A DNA stretch of 64,000 nt. Origin: Octopus vulgaris. Its lineage: Eukaryota. The DNA is taken from the NCBI GenBank assembly GCA_951406725.2, contig OX597833.1:5208001-5272000 (forward strand), in the 5' to 3' direction. A program made the position numbers and the translations under genes. The notes under the pieces are model-generated. The model worked only from the letters and a program-made list of their open reading frames with translations. It searched no databases and was not told the origin of the DNA. Positions 58,330-64,000 of the stretch are shown here, piece by piece; position 1 is the first letter of the stretch, and each line of letters opens with the position of its first letter.

Positions 58330-58543
58330 GTATAAGAGGGCTGACCACTATGTGGACATCCATATGCTAGAAGGGGGTCTAATTCTAGCATATGGATGTC
58401 CACTTAGTGGTTATCCCTTTTATATGTATGTAATACAATTTTTCTGAATCTTCAGATTTTTACATATGCTAGACCACTGGTTTTAAATTGATATTAATCA
58501 AATAAATATTCAATGGTTCACCCTTATTATTTTAAATTTAAAT

Positions 58544-58578
<35 letters not shown>

Positions 58579-58580
58579 CA

Positions 58581-58667
<87 letters not shown>

Positions 58668-58858
58668 AAACAGGTTGCTTTTTTACAGGGATGTATTTTA
58701 TCCAAGTGTACACCGATTTAAGTCCATATCGATTTTGATATAGTTTGGATTTCATTAATTCGTGCTGGTATTAGCGTTAACGCTTATGAAGTTCCAGTTG
58801 GCGTTATAGATGTTTTCATCCATTCGATATAGAAGGACAGAATTTTAAAAATATAATG

Positions 58859-59074
58859 TAAGGAAAACGGAGAGTTTGAACCCGGAAAATAATCAGTTCA
58901 TTTATATAATAGTCAATTTCATATCGCCTACGTATGTTTCAATTTCTTACCTTCATTTATATTTTTGCAAAATATGAATGAAGGTAAGAAACTGAAACGT
59001 ACGTAGGCGATATGGAATTCACTCTTATTATAAATGAATTGTTTTTTCCGTGCTTAAACTTTCCATTTTCCTTA
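58859..59074. repeat. Near-spacerless fold-back (~105-bp arms)
   Basis: catatcgcctacgtatgtttcaatttcttaccttcat is mirrored by atgaaggtaagaaactgaaacgtacgtaggcgatatg. Confidence 0.85.
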
Positions 59075-59080
59075 TAATAC

Positions 59081-59183
<103 letters not shown>

Positions 59184-59844
59184 CATATGTATACGTCAGC
59201 TTTTTTTCAGTTTCCGATGACCAAATCCACTCACAAAACTCTGGTCGGCCCGGGGCTATGGTAGAAGACATTGAAGGTGCCCCACAGTGGGACTGAGCCC
59301 GGATCCACGATGTTGGGAAGCAAGCTTCTTACCCCACAGTCACACCTGTGCCTATTGTCTCAAATCAACGAAGGGCTCAATAAACTATGGAATGGCCACA
59401 TTTCGGATCAACTTTTCAACATACATCGGTTCGACCAGCGTTAGCCGGCGTTAAGCACTAACGACAACACCAATAACAACAACACCAATACGAATGTAAA
59501 TGTCATAAGTGGTGTAAAGCTCAATAACCGAGACAATCAGGAAGTTTAAAGATCTTGTTGTTATTTACTATTAAGATAATAATGTCACGCACGACCGGAT
59601 TGTCTCCATTTGCTTGATAAAGCGAATAATTAGGTTTTTGAATAACAAGTTCTGTCTGTGTGTCTGTCTCTGTTCCCCTCCCTCTCTCTTGCTCATTCTC
59701 CGTCTGTCTCTTTCCCTGTCTCCCTCTCCCTGTCTCTCTCTTCCTGTCTCTCTCTCCCTGACTCTCTCTCCTGTCTTTCTCCCTGTCTTATTATTATTAT
59801 TTATTATCATCATCATCATTATTATTATTATTATTATTAATATT

Positions 59845-59880
<36 letters not shown>

Positions 59881-59956
59881 ATTATTATTATTAATATTAT
59901 TATTACCATTATTATTTACATTTAACGGATATTTGTCCTCATCTTGTTTGTTGTTA

Positions 59957-60000
59957 ACACAACGTTTCGGCTGATATACCCTCCAGCCTTCATCATGTGT
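59957..60000 (-). ncRNA. Minimal hammerhead-like motif (core ATGATGA, C3>A)
   Basis: ACAC-ATGATGA-A-GGCTG gagggtatat CAGCC-GAAA-CG-TT-GTGT. Confidence 0.55.
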
Positions 60001-60038
60001 CTGGGGGAAATTTCGAACCTGAGTTCTCATTCCTAAGA

Positions 60039-60103
<65 letters not shown>

Positions 60104-60642
60104 GTGTTTCGCTTTTTGACATCATTTTTGCTCATTAATCAATATTTTCCCGTCGTAAATGGAACTCTGCAAGTCCCCAATAAAAGACGGAATTACCATT
60201 ATCCAATACTTCATAATGTTTTACAAGAAAGCTAGGACATAATTATGGTAGAGGACATAATTCCTTTTATGTCTTCGCAAGAGATCTTTAATTGGTAGCA
60301 TTTATTTCAAATGCATTCCAGCCTCGTGGGAAGCAGCCAAGAAACAAATATAAACAAAACAAATCTGTCAAAGACACGTGGAAACTAACTGCATATAATT
60401 GGTTCTATTTTAAGAACAAGGTCAGCTGTTTGGTGAAGGAGCGACGGCGCAGGGGGTTGGTCGATTACATCGACGTCAGGCCTTCATTTCTACATCATGT
60501 CTTTCAACCCCGATTAGATGAAAGGCAAGGTTAATCTCGGCGGGATTTCAACTCAGAACGTAAACAGCCGGATGAAACAAGGCAAGGCATCCTGTCCGAA
60601 ACCCTAAGGGTCTGCCAATCTATCAACCTTTGAGTAATAATA

Positions 60643-60720
<78 letters not shown>

Positions 60721-60901
60721 GACGATGATGATGATGATGATGATGACGATGATGATGACGATGATGATGATGATGACGACGACGACGACGAGGATGATCA
60801 TCGTAATAATCTTTCCTATTGAAGGCACAAAGCCTGAAGTTTGCAGGGAGGGGAAATATCGCTAACCATTTCGCCCACCATGCTAATTATTCTACCAGCA
60901 C

Positions 60902-60983
<82 letters not shown>

Positions 60984-60989
60984 TTGGTT

Positions 60990-61197
60990 TAAATTTTTCC
61001 ACAAGGGCACCCATTCCGGGGTGGTGGTGGATGTGTCGATTACATCGATCCCACTGTTCAACTGGTACTTAATTTATCGACCTCGAAAGGATGAAAGGCA
61101 GTTTCGACCCCGGCGGAATTTAAACTCAGACCGTAGCGGCAGGCGAAATCCCGCTAAGCATTTCGTCCAGCGCACTAACGATTCTGCCAGCCCACCA
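60990..61197 (-). mobile_element. SINE family A copy
   Basis: Reverse complement of the family body; another copy at ~63130-63338. Confidence 0.8.
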
Positions 61198-61204
61198 CTT
61201 TCGT

Positions 61205-61283
<79 letters not shown>

Positions 61284-62220
61284 GTGGGTGACAATAACCT
61301 TTCTACTTGTTTTTAACACTAAAATGACAACAGCAAAACAAAAACTACTGCACGTACCCATGACACACAGCGCTGTGCTCTTTGGTTCAGTGAAAACGTG
61401 CAATACAAATAAAGTTACTGAACATTAAAAATAATGATAATGATGAGGATACTAATGATAATGGAACTGATAATGTTGATGAATCAATAATAATAATACT
61501 GGTAATAATTTCTTTCATTTGCCACAAGGGTATTTAATGAGGGAGACGTTACAAGGCTAGTTCATAAATTTCGAAAGAGTTTACATAAAAGGACAAGAAT
61601 ATGAAAGGGAAAAGAGATGGACCTGAGATTAAAACTACACATACTACAAAAAATATGTCAGCAAATAAATGATGCTTTGGTCTTGATGTAAGGAAAGCCT
61701 CCCACTAGGGCCAAGGATCACTGACCACCAAGGGTACAAGTCATTGATCGCTCGACTGTTGCTCCCTAATCTACTAGCGCATACTTAGACTAGGTCCATT
61801 CATCCTAACCGTTTTGAGAAAAATCGCTGGGGCAGGGCCTTGCTCAATCTATTTTTAAATGGAACTTAAAAACGTCAATGAAGGATTGACCAGAGAGAAA
61901 AATGTCTATCAATAACAATATTTTCTTTTAAATTCGTTGTAATATCTTCAGTTTTAATTTTACACGTAATCTATCTTTTACATGTTGTTTATATTCTCAA
62001 CGGAAATATTTTTCGGTGTGTTGACTTCTTCGGATATCCGCAGCAGCACAGGTGCGCAATAAGTGCATCATTACATAATTGATATTCAAAGAACGGTAAA
62101 ACAGCCATACGTTTTGTGTTTTTCATTTGAGAGGATTTCTTATATGTCCTGAAGTGCTTGTTGAAGTACTTGAGGCCAGGGCAGACTTAGTCGACATCCG
62201 TCCTTCCGGAAACAGACGTT

Positions 62221-62309
<89 letters not shown>

Positions 62310-62336
62310 TACTAATAATAATAATAATAATAATAA

Positions 62337-62899
62337 CAAATGCCCTGATGCAGTACCAGGCAATGGCTCTCATGGCTTCTGATCTTAACTGATTGGAAGT
62401 GTTATCATGTACACTGTTTTGTCTTGGTATAAAAGATGGGCTACAGCAAATATTCTGCTCAATACCACAGATTTGCTTGTCAGTTGTTTGACCGTAACCA
62501 GTTGAGCATGTCCCTTAGTGGCTGACGATATGTGCATCTCTGATCACGAGCAGAAGTAGTGGGGGAGCAGCATAGCCATGTGTTGAGAGGGATTCTTTGG
62601 GGTTTGAATAATTCACCTCTGGAAACATGGGTGTTTCGTTCAACATCCTTAAACAACCCTTATTCAGGGACCTTTTGAGCGGGATGGGTTACTCGATCTG
62701 AAGAAAATTCTAACTGGGCCCCACCTGCAAGGTCATGCACTGTTTATATTGATATGAGGTCACCATGTCGCGCACATATGGTTGTGATGCATGTGCCTGG
62801 TGTGCCCTTATCAGACGGGTAGTCATGATGGGTATATTGGGCTTCGTATATTTTACCCCAGTGTCACTTTGATGGCATGCACTGCTCTCTCACTTACCC
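62337..62899 (+). mobile_element. (AAT)n-embedded non-coding retroposon (family X), longest copy (~560 bp)
   Basis: (AAT)n on both sides; shares its 3' end (…ttgatggcatgcactgctctctcac) with four other copies. Confidence 0.8.
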
Positions 62900-62944
<45 letters not shown>

Positions 62945-63351
62945 CAATACGAAGAGTTCAAAATGAACTCGACAAAGACGGGAAAGCTGTCGAAATATTG
63001 CTCAATCCAATAAAATATCTACTGCAATCGCATTGCATTCTTATTGTCTATTCACCTTTTTCAGGAGTTACGCGCGTCTTTCTAAAATATAAGAATAATA
63101 ATGATAATAATAATAATTATGATAATGGTTTGAAGTTTCGCCACAAGGGCAACCATTTTGGAGCGCAGGACTAGTCGATTACATCGACCCCAGTGTTTCA
63201 CTGGTACTTAATTTATCGACCCCGAAAGAATGAATGGCAAAGTCGACCCCAACGGATTTTGAACTTAAAACGTAGGGTCGGGCGAGATACCGCTAAGCAT
63301 TTCGTCCGGCATGCATACGATTCTGCCAGCTCACCACCTTAATAAATAATG

Positions 63352-63431
<80 letters not shown>

Positions 63432-63435
<4 letters not shown>

Positions 63436-63580
63436 GATATGAGATCACCATGTCGCGCACATATGGTTGTGATGCATGTGCCTGGTGTACCCTTATCAGA
63501 CGGGTAGTCATGATGGGTATACTGGGCTTCGTATATTTTACCCCAGTGTCACTTTGATGGCATGCTCTGCTCGCTCACAC
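63432..63580 (+). mobile_element. Family X, short 3' copy
   Basis: Matches 62747-62893; (AAT)n on both sides. Confidence 0.8.
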
Positions 63581-63595
63581 AATAATAATAATAAT

Positions 63596-64000
63596 ACTGC
63601 GGCCTTAGATATTCTGAATAATAAATGGCAAGAAAAACCTCTCTATGGCAAATACCCAAAGAGAGCGAATAATGCAGATATCGACAAAGCCCTGACCCAT
63701 CAATGGCTAATGGCCTCTGGCTTAAAATCTGAAACAGAGGGGTTTATCATAGCAGCTCAAGATCAATGCCTACCAACAAGAAACTACCAGGCCAACATAT
63801 TAAAGATCAGAAGCAGTCCAACGTGTCGTGTATGCAAGCAACAAAATGAAACCATTGACCATGTGGTCTCCAAGTGCAGTCTTCTAGCGCCTACAGAGTA
63901 TCTCAACAGGCACGATAGAGCTGCACAATATATTCACTGGGTAATCTGTAAAAACCTGGATTTGCCCCATGAAAAAAACTGGTGGGAACACAAACCACCC
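63596..64000 (+). mobile_element. R4/Dong-type non-LTR ORF fragment (zinc knuckle and RHD motif), runs off the window
   Basis: Open 135-codon frame: WQEKPLYGKY..WLMASGLKSETEGFIIAAQDQCLPTRNY..CRVCKQQNETIDHVVSKC..YLNRHDRAAQYIHW..WWEHKPP; begins immediately after (AAT)n. Confidence 0.9.

Noticed and set aside
62965-63005. Possible further hammerhead remnant (also ~51400-51455)
   Set aside because: Core and helix I are too degenerate to support.

Overview
AT-rich, microsatellite-dense eukaryotic genomic DNA. The SINE families and (AAT)n/(TA)n/(CATA)n density suggest a cephalopod such as Octopus (inference). Almost all ORFs in the supplied track are microsatellite artefacts. One spliced protein-coding gene can be reconstructed by hand on the minus strand: a 161-aa four-EF-hand calmodulin-like protein in six coding exons from 49314 down to 6947, with GT-AG introns in compatible phases (first exon tentative). 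Its 24.6-kb second intron holds, on the opposite strand, a tandem array of ten tRNA-Arg(UCG) genes built from a ~1.1-kb two-tRNA unit. The rest is repeats: two main tRNA-derived SINE families, R4/Dong-type RLE non-LTR fragments, a non-coding retroposon confined to (AAT)n tracts, an RTE-type 3' end, a mariner MITE and minisatellites. The least expected signal is a set of hammerhead-ribozyme motifs of Penelope-like architecture: one with a fully intact core at 47930-47995 inside a long inverted repeat, several minimal or variant copies, and several fold-back elements that keep only the GAAA-palindrome-UH half.
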